The position numbers and the translations under genes were made by a program. Below the pieces are notes generated by a model, which made no database searches, was not told the origin of the DNA, and saw only the letters and a list, made by a program, of their open reading frames with translations. 64,000 nt of DNA from Chiloscyllium plagiosum. Taxonomy: Eukaryota. The number at the start of each line of letters is the position of its first letter. The stretch's first letter is position 1. This document shows, one piece after another, positions 12,893 through 26,407 of this stretch. The DNA lies in NCBI RefSeq assembly GCF_004010195.1, contig NC_057720.1, positions 3,150,080-3,214,079 of the forward strand. The letters are read 5' to 3'.

Positions 12893-14669
12893 CATTTCCT
12901 CCCTGTGCCTATTCGTCCATGAGAAAGCTGAGCATGTGTTGTTCTCGATGATAGAGACCTCTGAAGATTCACAACACTGTGATTGAAGAAATGTTTCCTG
13001 AAATGGCTGACCCTTTATCCAGAGGCTGTGCCCATCCTAAATTCTAGACTCTCCAGCCAGGGGCAAGGGCATTTCAGCTCCTAACCTCCCAGAAATATCA
13101 CCATTAAACTGAAGCAGGGCTCTGAGGCAGTCACCACCTGTAGCAGAGGGGAACCTGTGATTAAACTGCATTACACTGACACCTATCTGAGATCAGCTGC
13201 AATTCTCAATTCCAAGAACAATCCCGACTGCTGAGAAACAGCACCAATACACAACGCTTCCTGCAATCTGCAGTGATGCCTTGCGATGAAAATTGCAGGT
13301 TATATAATACAATCTTGACAGGAAATGTTTATAAAAACAAAGAAATTGGAGAAATTGCTCAGAACCAAGTAACAAGGTGAAGTGAGAAGAATTAATTTTG
13401 CTGAAACAGGGTCAATTCTTTTTTAGCTGTGAAGAGGAATAGTGTACTCTCCTTTATCTGCCCACCCACAGACAGGGACATTGATGCATGCATCATGTTG
13501 TGCAATCTCAATACTTTGTCTGTGCCTCTCTCTGTCTCTGTCAGGCAGCTGGTGTGGCGCTGTATCGAGTGTAATCAGACTCTGCTGCTCTGTGCTGGTG
13601 TTCCTCCTCCAGACAGACCCCCTCCAAGCCCCTCCTTATCTCACCCTATCACCAGATCCCCGCAGTTCCTGTCTCCCTCCCCCCATCCACAGGTAGTTAT
13701 ACAGCTTCTCCCTGAAATGTGGAGGAACTGTGCACACCTTGACCACTCCCTGTGGGAGTGCGTCCTTGGGGAAGGAAAGATGTTTCTCCTGAATTCTCAT
13801 TCACATCTACTCCCTGATAAGTGGATTTACTATCCCTATGCCAACCCTGTCAAATCCCTTCATGACTGAGAACCTTGAGCCTTGCCTTCTCAAGTGAAGT
13901 GCCTGTTCAATGTTTTCTATATTCAGATCCTTGCAGTCTTGATATTGCCACTGTAAATACTTTCTCACAGTTTCTCCGAAGGCTGTGCTAGTTATTTATG
14001 ATGTAGAGACAGACCTGTGTACGTTGCACTGTAGAGAACATTAATGGGGCATTACCTAGAATACTTGACGGCTAAATTTTTAAGTGTGAGAGATTCTAGC
14101 AGGTGCAGGATTCCTCTGAGGTGAGATGACCTAAATGGGTGAATTTCATCACAAATGAAATGAATTTCTCACACTTTACTGGAATGAAGAGGAAGTTGCA
14201 ACATGTATGGGAAGTTTTTACGTTTGCAAAGCAGTTACCTAATTCCATGTCTACATCTGCTGTAACTTCTCTTTTCATAGAAGCAGGGTTTGTGAGGCAA
14301 CAGCTTTTGGTGTCGGCATGTTTGTCTGAAAGTTGTAACGAGAGAGTTGATATACATACAAATGCACATCCTCAGGGTGTGCCAATTTATTCCCCAGTCT
14401 CATGGGCAGGTGCTGTATGGTGTCAGCAAGAGAGGCAGAGAACTAGCAGCTAGGAAACTGAAGTGTTGACTCAGTTAAATAGCAGCACTTCAGACTCATG
14501 GCTGTGCTTTGAGAACTTTCAGGGAAAAGCCAGTGAAACTGATGAGTGACACATACATCATGTTGCACTCTCCAATACAGAGGGCCAGTATGTTCATTTC
14601 CAAATATCCCTGGCTGTTCCCTCAGGGACATACAAACAAGGAACAAGGGTAGGCCTTACTTAGTTAATG

Positions 14670-15330
14670 GTAGGGTATGCCCTTGAACAGAGAGGCCAAG
14701 GAGTGCAGATACATAGTTCCTTGACAGTGACATCACGGGGAGACAGGGTGGTGAAGAAGGCATTTGGCTTGCTTGCCTACATTGGTACAGGAATTGGGAC
14801 ATCATGCTACAGTTGTACAAGACACTGGGAAGGCAACATTTGGAGTACAGAATTTAAGGATGTTATAAAACTGGAATAAGTACAAAAAAGATTCACAAGG
14901 ATTTTACCAACACTGGAGGGTTTGTGTTATAGGAGAGGCTGAATAGACTGGGACTCGTTTCCCTGCAGTGTAGGAGGGCTACGGGTGACCTTGGAGAAGT
15001 TTATAAAAATCATGAGGGGCATAGATTATCTGAACAGCCAAGGTCTTTTCCCCAAGGTAGGGGAGTCCAAAACTAGATGTGTAGGTTTAAGGTGAGACGG
15101 GAAAGATTTAAAAGAGACCTAAGGGGCAACATTTTCACACAGAGGATGGTACATGTATGGAATGAGCTGCCAGAGGAAGTGGCAGAGGCTGGTACAATTA
15201 CAACATTTAAAAGATATTTGGACAGGTACATGATAGGAAACATTTAGATGGATATGGGCCAATGGGACTAGTTCAGCTTAGGAAGTTGTTTGGCATGAGT
15301 GGGTTGGGCCGAAGGGCCTGTGTCCATGCA
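14670..15330 (+). mobile_element. CR1/HER1-type LINE 3' fragment, degenerate
   Basis: DRVVKKAFGLLAYI..; acagaggatggtacatgtatggaatgagctgccagagg; gggccgaagggcctg tail. Confidence 0.85.
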
Positions 15331-17799
15331 GATGATTGACAGGCTTTGGGGAGTCAGGAGTTGAATTACTCGCTGCTTGGCTCTGACCTAGCCACCATGT
15401 TTATATGGTGAGTGTTGAGTTTCTGGTCAATGGCATTCCCCAGGATATTGATAAAGGGGGCACTCAGTGATGGTAACACCATTGAATGGCTGTCTTGTAT
15501 TTTGGTGTCAGCTAACTGCACCAAGACCCTTCATGAACTCTCTTCCTGAACCACAACACTTCAATAATCTTTCAAGTCATTTGCAATATCTGAGGCTCCA
15601 GACCAGGAGAACATAAGAGCTAGGAGCAGAAGGCCATTCAGCCCCTCAAGCATGCTGCACCATTTCATATGACTGTGGCTGATCTCATCTCCACCTCAAC
15701 GTCATTTTGCTGTCCAGTTTCCAGAGCCCTTCAACCCATTGCTCGTTAAAACTCTCCTCCTTACGTTTACTCAGTGGGGGAGTGAATTACACAAATTCAC
15801 GAGAGAAGTCATTTCCCTTCACCTCTGCTGTAAACCTGCTAGACCTTATCCAAAAACTAAGACCTCTCTCAGAAAGGCAGTTTCTCTCTGATCTGACATC
15901 CAGGGGACAAGATACATCTCATTTTGCGCAAAGCATGTTATCTTATTTTAAAGAAACAATCACTTATTGTTTCTGTCAGGAGAAATAAGGCCAAAGTGCA
16001 GATGTCTAGACAGAACAAAGAGCTTCAGGAAATCCAGCAGGCTCCGCGTGTCCAGGTTAGACCTGTCCCCAGAAGCAAATGGCTAAGTGGTTAATGGGAT
16101 GTGCTCCCTGCTGATTGGTACTCAATCTGCTGTCAGTGTAAAAGCCCACTCAGCAGAATTGTACCCTATGTGCAAACTGTATCGCCTTCAAGATACTCCT
16201 GCTGCAGTATCACACATTCTTCCAGCTTTACTCGGACATTATTGCTGCATGACGTTAGTCCTTGGCCTCTGCTCTGATCTGAAATCTTGGCAGAGCTTGG
16301 AGAGCCTCTGTTTTATCTCTTTCACAGGCAGGCCCTCTGCCTTCATTAACCGGATGACGTCGTGAGGAGTATTGGCATTGTGACCAAGAGTTCATAATAA
16401 ATAACAATCCACACCAAACCCAAGCAGTTTCTCCGCAATCAGCTAACAATGTACTGCACTAGGCTCTGGCTGGAATTGTATTATTTCACACTTTTAAAAA
16501 AACCATTCTGCAGAGCTCGACATCAAAGATCTGTTAAAGATGAGACCGTGTTTAAGGAAAACACAAAATCTTTTTCATTAGTAATTAGCAGAGCAGCTGG
16601 CATTTATATGATGTCTTTAATGTAGTGAAATATCCCAACGTTTCACAGTACCATCCCTTTATCTGACTGTTCATTGACGCCACACCACATATGAGCACAG
16701 ATGAACAAGAAGGTTGGCCAAGAGTCGGTTTCTCCGCAGCAGCTAAAAAGAGGGGAGAGGAGCAAGTGGTTTATTCAGGGACACCTTGGTACTCAGGCAG
16801 AGAAAGGCACAGCCAGCAATGGTGGAGTGCCGGTAACGAAGAACAGTTAACAGATCAGATTTGGGGGAAAGTGCAGTGAGGGCACAGCGAGGGGGAAAGG
16901 ACTACAGGAGGACTGAGCCTGGGGGGTTTTGAGCAGATGGAAGAGGATTTTAAAAAGGAGGGTTTGCCAGGCTGGGAGCTGATGTAGGTCAGCAAGAGCA
17001 TTGGAATAGTCACGTTCAGTGGTTACAAAAGCAGGGGTAATAGTTTCAGCAGGGTGAGGTTGAGTGACGTTATGGTAGTGGCAGACTTGCTAAGAGATAG
17101 GAGATCAGACTCTCAGCTCAAGATTAAAGCCAGGAGCAAATCACTTATTTATTTATAGCTGTATTTAAATCCTGCTATATCTCAGGATTGTTGTTTTAAC
17201 AAACTCAGCAGGAAGTTAGGTCACTCCTTTGGTAATCTGGCTTCTGCATGTTGGAAGAACTGACAAGGAATGAGGTGATGGACAAAACATTCCATTCTGG
17301 AATGTGTTGGCTTTGGACCAACATGGTTTTTTTTGAGGATCTTGCTTTGAGAAACCAATGCTTCTTTCCTCATATAACTCAGTACATTCAGTCCACTGAT
17401 TATCTGTTACTTCCCTGTTGATTTTAAGTGAATTATTTTCCCCCATTCTGACATCCTGAACCCAGACCAGTGTTTTAGTTGAGTAAGTGACGAAAGGAGC
17501 TGTGTGATGGATCTGTGTAACCTTCAATATCATATCTAAGAGGAAACACTCAAAGATAGAAGCTCAAAGGTCATGCCCACTGGCCTGGCAAAATCATTCT
17601 CAAGCTCCTTCTAGTGGCCAATAAATGAATTGCCTAAAAAGTGTTCTTCCTTATCCTCGGAGATTGGAGCATTTGTCATTCATGGGGGTAGACCTTATAG
17701 TCGAATTTTTTAAACTTTAAATGTTTCATGAAGTGGAAATGAAATATATATTGTTCAACTTAGCATCAACTGCAATTTGAATTTCTATAGTCTGGAGGG

Positions 17800-18083
17800 A
17801 ATTAGGTTCAGGGTGAGAGGGGAAAGATATAAAGGGGACCTAAGGAGCAACTTTTTCACGCAGAGGGTGGTACGTGTATGGAATGAGCTGCCAGAGGATG
17901 TGGTGGAGGCTGATACAATTGCAACATTTAAGAGGCATTTGGATGGGTATATGAACAGGAAGGGTTTGGAGGGATATGGGCCGGGTGCTGGCAGGTGGGA
18001 CTAGATTGGGTTGGGATATCTGGTTGGCATGGGCGGGTTGGACCGAAGGGTCTGTTTCCATGCTGTACATCTCTATGACTCTA
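17800..18083 (+). mobile_element. CR1/HER1-type LINE 3' end
   Basis: FRVRGERYKGDLRSNFFTQRVVRVWNELP; tail ctctatgactcta. Confidence 0.9.
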
Positions 18084-19564
18084 AATAGTAAATTATTAGT
18101 AATAACGGGAGCTGAGTGTGTTGATGGAACGCCAGCCCCATTTTGAAGCATTCAGGACCAGTTGGACCAGTGTGTCCCATTCGCCAATTGTACTGGTCTG
18201 TTTTTCTCGGTAAAACATTCAAAGTCACTCCGAGGTGCTCCATTGAATAAACCTGACACTGAGTCAGACAGGTGAGCAGGAGCTCGTTGAAAGAGGGGGT
18301 TTTCTGAGGATCTGAAAGGAGAGGAAAGCAGTGGAGAGGTTTTGGAAGGGGGTCCCAGAGACCAGAAAGCAGGCAGCTGGAGGCACAGCTACACAGACAG
18401 AGAGGAAAAGTTCCCATGCCAGAAATCCCGAGATCCCAGAGGACTGTGGGCTGCAGGAGGTTACAGAGATAGGGAGGAGCTGACGCCATGGAGAGATTTG
18501 AAAGAAAGGATGAAGGTTTTAAAATCCAGGTGTTGCTGGACTGAGAGCCAATGTGGGTCGGTGAGGCATAGGGGGATAACGAGTGAAATGGGACATGGAC
18601 TCGTCCTGATTTTAACTCAAAGCCCACGGTGAAACTGAAAACAGTTCTTGTAGCAGAAATCTACTACAACCATCAAGCTTATAACATTGAAACATTCCAA
18701 CATTTTGCAGTAAATTGCCACTTGAATTGAGCTGTCTGGTTTGCTTCATTACAAACTATTGAATCTGACATTTTTTTGATGTGGTTACTTCCCAGCAAAG
18801 ATGGATTTGTGGTTTAACATCGTCCAGTGTCAGAAGACAGATACTGCCATTCTAATAATGCAGGGATGAGTCCCATGAAAACCCTGGAAAGGTGATAGGG
18901 ATTGAAAGTAATTGGATAACAAATATTGGAAGCTCCAGTGATTGTTGTGCATGTCAGATAGTTATTGATGCTGGAGAGAAACAGCACAATTCCAGGCTCC
19001 AAACAGCAAAAACAGACAATGAGGTCATTGTTAATTGCATTGAGTGACTCGCTGGGCCATTTTAGAGGGCAGTTGCAGGTCAACCACACCTCCATGTGAA
19101 GGTTGGGGTGAGGGGTATTTTATTTTCATGGCAGTAAATTCAACTGATTAGATCTCCAGTTGCCGTGGTAGGATTTGAGAGCACGTTCCTACAACATTTG
19201 CTGAGACCTCAGGGTTCCTAGTCTGATGACATTACCATTACATGACCACCTCTCCATCACCCCACATTGCCAGCTGCTGAGAGACAGAGACAACCAAAGG
19301 ATTTTTAGAAAAACAGTTCATTTTAAGGCAGGTGTTCAGATTTTTTGCGGGTGAAAATCTGATTCCAAACCTCTGGAATATTATTTTAGAAATGAGAGTA
19401 AGCCACTTGTTGTGCCTATCTCTTTCCTTCTCAGCAGCCACTCTACCTCATCATTAACACAAAGATTAAAACAGGGGAATAACTGGATGGGCACGTTATC
19501 ATCTTTCAAAATGATTGGCAGCAATGTGCTGCCTTAAAACTGCCCCTGATCGTACATGCTGTCT

Positions 19565-19862
19565 CAGCACTGACCCTCTGACAGTGCAGCACTCCCTCAA
19601 CATTGACCCTCTGACAGTGCGGCACTCCCTCAGCACTGACTCTCTGACAGTGCAGCACTCCCTCAGCACTGACTCTGTGATAGTGTGGCACTCCCTCAAC
19701 ACTGACCCTCTGACTGTGCAGCACTCTCTCAGTACTGACCCTTTGACAGTGCAGCACTCCCTCAGTACTGACCCTCTGACAGTGCAGCACTCCCTCAGCA
19801 CTGATCCACCAACAGTGCAGCACACCATCAGCACTGACATCTGACGGTACGGCACTCCCTCA
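19565..19862. repeat. 33-bp minisatellite, about 9 copies (same family as 586-941)
   Basis: Same unit and orientation as the first array; joined directly to a CR1 tail at about 19860-20058. Confidence 0.95.
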
Positions 19863-20689
19863 ACGTTTTCATGCAGAGGGTGGTGCGTGTATGGAATGAG
19901 TTGCCAGAGGAAGTGGTGGAGGCTGGTACAATTACAGCATTCAAAGGATGGGTATGTGAATTGGAAGTGCTCAGAGCGATATGGGTCAAATGCTGGCAAT
20001 GGGACTAGATTTATTTAGGATATCTGGTCTGTTTCCATGCTGTACATCTCTATGACTGTTAAGTTTGTTTTGCTTTGAGAGATTATCTGTCTGAAAACAC
20101 ATGAAGAATATTTAAGGGTGACGAAACCATGCTGTAGGATTGGACAGTTTAATTTGCATATAGATAGGGAAAGCAGCAGGAGAGAAATTAGATTTACTAC
20201 AATGAGCTGAGATTGTTATCTAAAATGGAGGGGCTTAAAACCAAATGAGCTCAGGGGGCAGTTATTGATTTTGGTCTGTGATGGGGAAGCCCCGTGTCTG
20301 TCAGCGTGCTCTGGAGCAGGTGGGGAGCCCTTGGCTCGGCACATATCAAAGTATATCTGACAAATACCACTGATTCAGCAAAGGGTTACACAGTCAAGAA
20401 TAATACTCCATACAGACCTGTGAAATAATGAGTCACCAGAGAGAGTCCAAGCAAAATTTCGACGATATCGAGGTTCATAGCAAATAGTTTTTCAAATCGA
20501 CGATATTCAGCATAAAGAGAATTGACTGTGCTGTTGGGATTTTTAACTCTGCTTCCGTTATTTGAGGGTTTGGTATGTGACATCATGCTGTTTAACAGCG
20601 GTTCTGTCTTTAACCTCCTGCTTGTATTCATTGTGTAATCCTTTTCAGTCTTTGGCAGTGGCTGCTCACGTACTGGCCTCTGGGGTACT

Positions 20690-21010
20690 CATAGAATCAC
20701 TACAGTGTGGAAGTGGGCCGTTTGGCCCATCGAGTCCACACCGACTCTCATGCCAACCAGACCCACACCCTCTTACCCTATCCCTGTAATCCTGCATCTC
20801 CCAGGGGTATATTCCACCTAGCCTGCATAATTTAGCATGGCTAATCCACCTAGCCTGCACACCTTTGGACTGTGGGAAGCACCCGGAGGAAACTTACGCA
20901 GACACGGGGAGTATGTGCAAACTCCACACAGACAGTCACCCAAGGCTGGACTCAAAGATAGGCACCTGGAGCTGTGAGGCAACAGTACTAACCACTGAGC
21001 CACCGTGCCA
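20690..21010 (-). mobile_element. HE1-type tRNA-derived V-SINE
   Basis: Reverse complement of ggcacggtggctcagtggttag..ctgtgtggagtttgcac..tctccccgtgtctgcg.. Confidence 0.85.
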
Positions 21011-21356
21011 GCCATCATTGTCAGAGGGAGTGGTGAGGACAGACTGGAGTAAAGGAGAAGATCCAAATCCTGAGAATTATTGAAGGATGCTGTGTCATTT
21101 GATTGACATACTGAAGGAGGCTATTGTTGGTACAGTGGGCTCAGAGACAGAAAATCACAAATTACATACAGAGGCTGGAAATCTATGATCAAAACAGAAA
21201 ATGCGGGGACTGCTCAGCAGATTTGCAGGCAAAGGGAGAGACAGATTGTATCAGATTCCTCCTTGTGATTAAATTGTTCCATCAGAAGTAAGGGAGAGAC
21301 TGGGAGGATTGCTTTTAAAGCAAAGTGTTGGTCAATGGAGTTCTGAATGTAGTATT

Positions 21357-21630
21357 CACTCATGGAATGTGGGTGTCATCAGCTCAACCTGCATTTATTG
21401 CTCAGGGGGTGGTTAAGAGTCACCCACATTGCTGTGGGTCTGGAGTCACATGTAGGCCAGACTGGGTAAGGATGGCAGCATCCTACCCTGAAGGACATTA
21501 GTGACCCAGATGGGGTTTTCATTTTCAGAGTTAGTGTTGCACTCAGTTCCAGATTTTTATCAAACTAAAATTCCACTATGTGCCATGGGTCTCAGAGTAA
21601 TTGTCTGGTGGCAATCTCATCAAGCCATCA
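21357..21630 (-). mobile_element. SINE (LINE-shared tail family)
   Basis: cacattgctgtgggtctggagtcacatgtaggccaga..gaaggacattagtgacccagatgg. Confidence 0.65.
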
Positions 21631-21923
21631 CCCCCCCAACCCGACAATCCCATTGCCCTGGCAGTCTAGAGTTCTGAAATATGAGTTCAAATCCCACCCC
21701 TGATGGAATTTGAAAAAAACTGGATGGAAAAGCTAGTCTCCATAATGTTGACCATAACAATTATTAACAGTTGTCATAAACAACTCATCCAGTTCACCTT
21801 TAGAAAAGGAATTCTTACTGGGTCTGACTTACACGTGACTCCCTACTGTAGTGATGTGCTTGATTCATAACTGCCCTCTGAAACAACTGACTCAGTTCAA
21901 GAGCAATTGGGGGTTACCAAATA

Positions 21924-22014
21924 CTGGATTAGAGGTGCTGGAAAAGCACAGCAGTTCAGGCAGCATCCGAAAAGCAGTAAAATCGACATTCGGGCAAAAG
22001 CCCTTCATCAGGAA
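21924..22014 (-). mobile_element. About 91-bp hammerhead-headed insertion with TSD
   Basis: TSD taccaaata at 21915-21923 and 22015-22023; the minus strand starts ttcCTGATGAagggcttttgccc. Confidence 0.8.
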
Positions 22015-22599
22015 TACCAAATAGTGGTCATTAATGTCTGTATTGTCCATTTCCGAAATGGAAATTATCTTGTGATTGTCTGCTCTACTTCCCGAGGGTG
22101 GAGTGAGCTGGAAAGGCAGAGCTCAGACCATGGCCTCCTCCTGTTCCTCTGTTGTCTGTAGTTAAGTTTCCACACCAAGGGTTACCCAATGTCTGGCACT
22201 TCATTGAATGTCTGAGTCAAAATACCCATTTTTATTTTAATGATCTCTGAAGATTGAGGCATGCTTTCCTAATGATTTAATATATATGTTATAATTTCAA
22301 TGAAATCATGTTTTCATGTTGGCATTATGAGTGTGTGAATCTCACAGCGTACAGCCGTGTGTGCCTACAAAAGCAGTGCAAAGATCTCACATTTATTAAA
22401 CACTCCTCATGGAAAGGGATGTCTCCAATTAATTTTCCACTACGACTTCATCTGTTTTTCTTTAAATGTTTCCAGCCCACTCATGCTGATCCTCAGTTGT
22501 GCATGAGCTCACAATGGCCTATGTTCTCTTTCACTTATATTTATTTCAGCAAGTCGCCCGATGCTAATCAAAACTATCCATGTGTTCATGCCTGTCTGT

Positions 22600-23120
22600 G
22601 TGTGTATATACACAAACGTACACACACTTGCTGACACAGGCATGTACAGTTACACACAGAGATACACATAACCTCATACACTGTTAAGATACACACACAC
22701 ACACATAGACACACTCAAACACAGACACACAGATACATTTGTGTGCATGTGCACACACAGACACACATACACACAGAGTTAGATACACATACAGTCACAG
22801 ACATACACAGCCATAGACATATGCAAATACAGGTGTACAGATACACACAGATACATACATGCACACACATAAATGCAAAGATGCACATTGAGAAACACAC
22901 ACAGTCACATACACTCAGTCACACACAAACATGTGCACACACACACAGACATAGGCATATACAGTTACATATAGATACACACACAAACACATGCAGAGAT
23001 ATATACGCAGTTAGATAGGGATATAGACACACATACACAGTCATACAAATACATACACATGTGTGCCACACAAACAGCCACACATATGCTCAGAACCACA
23101 TACATTCAGACACGCATATA
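22600..23120. repeat. Degenerate (CA)n low-complexity repeat
   Basis: CA-rich periodicity. Confidence 0.92.
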
Positions 23121-23788
23121 TGGAACTGTTGCAAACGAAGATTTTTTTTTGGTTCAGAAACATGGTTGTGGTAGGATTGTGGCTGCTTTCATGTGGCTTT
23201 GTAAAGTTACACTCAGCAGCAAACGTCAATTTGTTGTCATGGTATCAAACAGTATGTCTATAAGTTACTGGGTCCAAGACTAACAGGAATTTTCTTTTCC
23301 ATCTTCTGTGCATATTTGAGCCCCACATATTTTTGCCATTTAATTGTACAAGAACCTTTTTCAAACTGTTTGGAGGATTGGATTGCGTCTTGTTGCTCCC
23401 ACTGATGATCTCATGTCTGGTGATTATGTAAACTGTTCCTCAGTTGAAGGTAGTGGGTGAATTAATAATGGAATGATCCAGCCTTTTTTATAAGGTGGAA
23501 GGAAAATGAAGATAAACACTTGCTCTCAGTAAGACATTCAACAGTGAATAGATGGTAACATTTGATTCGGGGAGATGTCTTGGTATCTGACATTTAGAGA
23601 ACAATTCAACTGGAAACAAAATGAAAGATTATATTAACAGTTTATTTGCTGAATCTGTCTTGTATTTGGTTTTCCAGTGGCTTTATGAGACTAAGGAAGG
23701 AAGTTTTCCTCCATTGTATAACGATATGTAAGGCTAATCTGTCATTCAGTTAAATCTTAGCTGATTTGATTGTGAGAGAATCTAGGGG

Positions 23789-23902
23789 TGAAATGTGCAG
23801 TGCTGGAAAAGCACAGCAGGTCAGGCAGCATCCAAGGAGCAGGAGAGTCGATGTTTCAGGCAGAAACCCTTCATCAGGAATATGATCTCCTCACTTTCCC
23901 AC
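23789..23902 (-). mobile_element. 114-bp PLE-tail/hammerhead insertion with 14-bp TSD
   Basis: TSD agagaatctagggg at 23775-23788 and 23903-23916; lies inside an old CR1 fragment. Confidence 0.85.
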
Positions 23903-24424
23903 AGAGAATCTAGGGGGGGATCACTGCTTAAAGATATCGGGTCACGCATTGAAAACTGAGACGACAAAATTTGATTTCATAGAGAATTGGTAGATCTTGG
24001 AACTCTGTTTCTTAAAAGGGGAGAGAAGCAGAGGGCTTGAATATTTTTATGGTAGAGGTGGGAGGATTCTCAATACCCCAACACTAAAATGACAGGGATG
24101 TGGAGTAACCAGATCAGCCAGGATCTTACTGAATGGGCAAGCAGGCCTGAGGGGCTGAATGGCCTGCTCCTGCTCCGAATACCATTATTGTAAATTTAAT
24201 GGTAGATACCGGAGCAAGGTGTTTAATCTGAGGGCAGTGAGAAGGGCAGTGATAGTACTGAAATATTTCAGGGAAAGCCAGATAAGCTCATGCAGAAGAG
24301 GGAAATAAAAAGCTCTGCTGATAGGGTGAGTTTTTTGGAGAATGGGGAAAGGCTTGCATGCATGAGCTGGTCTGAATGGCCTCTTCCCGTGCTGTACAGT
24401 CATTATAATGCCCAGTTTTATGGC

Positions 24425-24713
24425 TCGATGGTTCGCACTGCAGCCTCACAGCACCAGAGACCCGGGTTCGATTCCAGCCTCAGGCGACTGCCTGTGTGGA
24501 GTTTGTACATTCTCCCCGTGTCTGCGCGGGTTTCCTCCGGGTGCTCCGGTTTCCTCCTACAGTCCAAACATGTGCAGGTTAGGGTAGATTGACTGTGCTA
24601 AATGCGGGGTTACAGGGATAGGGTGGAGGGCTGAGTCTGGGTGGGATGCCATTTGGATGGTCGGTGTGGGCTGGATGGGCCGAATGGCCTCTTTCTGCAC
24701 CGTAGGGATTCTG
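24425..24713 (+). mobile_element. HE1-type V-SINE
   Basis: gcctcacagcaccagagacccgggttcgattcc (B box) and V-domain ctgtgtggagtttgtacattctccccgtgtctgc. Confidence 0.85.
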
Positions 24714-26231
24714 ATGTGAGAAGTAAGTCACATTGTACCATGTTGCCCTCTGTAAAGTAGCAGCAAAATCTAGTAAAGGTGACGTTACAATATTCCCACT
24801 GTCCGATGAGAGAGAGAGAGAGAGAGAGAGAGACTGGAGGAGAGTTTAATCTGAGGGTCACTGCCCTCAGGGAAGGTTGGCATGGCCGGTGCAGAAGTTG
24901 GGGTGCTGGCCGGCTGACCAGTCAATCTTTACGCGGCCTCTAGGTTGGAAACACCAGGTCTGAGGTCAGGGATTGGACTGTTAGTTGGCAACAGCTCAGC
25001 CAGCATCAAGAGGTACAGTCACATGGACATTAGGTCCCAGTGCCTCAGATCAGGGAGGGTAAGGCGTGCTCAATAAAGCTGACTTTACCAGAAGTCAGCG
25101 CTTCTGGTAAGCACAGGAGAGCACAGGATCAGATATAGCCTTAAGGAGGGTGACCCAATTTCATGAACAAGGAACAGCCTGTGGTAAAATCTTGAAGCTC
25201 CAAACTGCACATTTGATAATCAAATTCAAGCTCCAACCCACATATCGGGGAAAGAGAGAGAGAGAGGATTCATAGGAGAAAGAACAACCCATATACAACA
25301 ATTCTTTCCGGTTACGTACTGGATAATATGTGGCTGTGCTCCAGATTTGAAAGAGTAGGAAAAATTTATTCCATTCGTTGTCAGAAAAAGTGCATCGCAG
25401 AGTTCTGGAATTCTGTTTTTCTTTTGGGAAACTATTCAACAAAATAACATCAGCAGCAAGGCATTGCTTTTATTTATGAGCGTGACCTTTTCCAGCATAC
25501 TTGTCCCATAAGGTAGTTCCTGACATAAATACACTGAGTGATTGCAGACAATTACTAGAGAAAACTCAAGGAGGGGGCCCTCTCAGCTTCACCAATAACA
25601 GAGGAAGAAGTTCCATTCAAATCATGCTTTCACATACAGAACGCACAGAACCACAGAATTGTCACAATGCAGCAAGAGGCTATTTGGCCCATCATATCTG
25701 CGTCAGTACTATTATCTAGTTCCAATCTACTATCCAAATAATCAATGCAAATTAGGCAGATTGGCCATTGCCCGTTGCTTCCAGGGATGTGCAGGCTAAG
25801 TGAACTATCCATGGGAAAGTGCAGGGTTACAGAGATAGGGTAGGGGATGGATCTGGGTTGGATCATCTTCAAAGGGTCATTGTGGACCCGATGGGCTGAA
25901 TGGCCTGCTTCCACACTGTAGGGATTCTATAATTAATCGAATGCCCTCTTGAATGCCTCACGTTGAAGCCCAATTATTAATTACAATGTCCAACATTTGT
26001 AGCTATTTTAGGCACAAGCAGCCAACAATTGGCATCCTTTACTCGCCATCCTGATTTGGAAATATATCGCCGTTCCTTCACTGTCGATGGGCTAAAATCC
26101 TGGAATTCCCTCCCTAAAGGCATTGTGGGTTTACCTACAACACATGGACTGCAGCGGTTCAAGAAGACAGCTCACCCCCACCTTCTCAAGGGGCAACTAG
26201 AGATGGGACATAAATGCTGGGGTCAGTCAGT

Positions 26232-26269
26232 GATTCCTGAAGAAGGGCCTGTGCCCGAAACGTCGAATC
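26232..26269 (+). ncRNA. Predicted minimal type I hammerhead ribozyme
   Basis: GATTC [CTGAAGA] A GGGC-CTGT-GCCC [GAAA] CG [TC] GAATC: 5-bp stem I, 4-bp stem II, ACGT palindrome in place of stem III. Activity is untested. Confidence 0.7.
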
Positions 26270-26361
26270 TCCTGTTCCCTGGATGCTGCCTGACCTGCTG
26301 TGCTGTTCCAGCAATAAAGTTTCAACTTTGATCTCCAGCATCTGCAGACCTCACTTTCTCC
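26235..26361 (+). mobile_element. 127-bp hammerhead-headed insertion with 12-bp TSD
   Basis: TSD tcagtcagtgat at 26223-26234 and 26362-26373. Confidence 0.88.
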
Positions 26362-26407
26362 TCAGTCAGTGATGCCCACATCCTTGAAATGAATAAAACA
26401 CATTAGA

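Noticed and set aside
13520..13695. Possible exon after polypyrimidine tract ctctctgtctctgtcAG ending at CAG|GTag
   Set aside because: No recognisable protein similarity in any frame and the 3' half is low-complexity; cannot support without RNA data.
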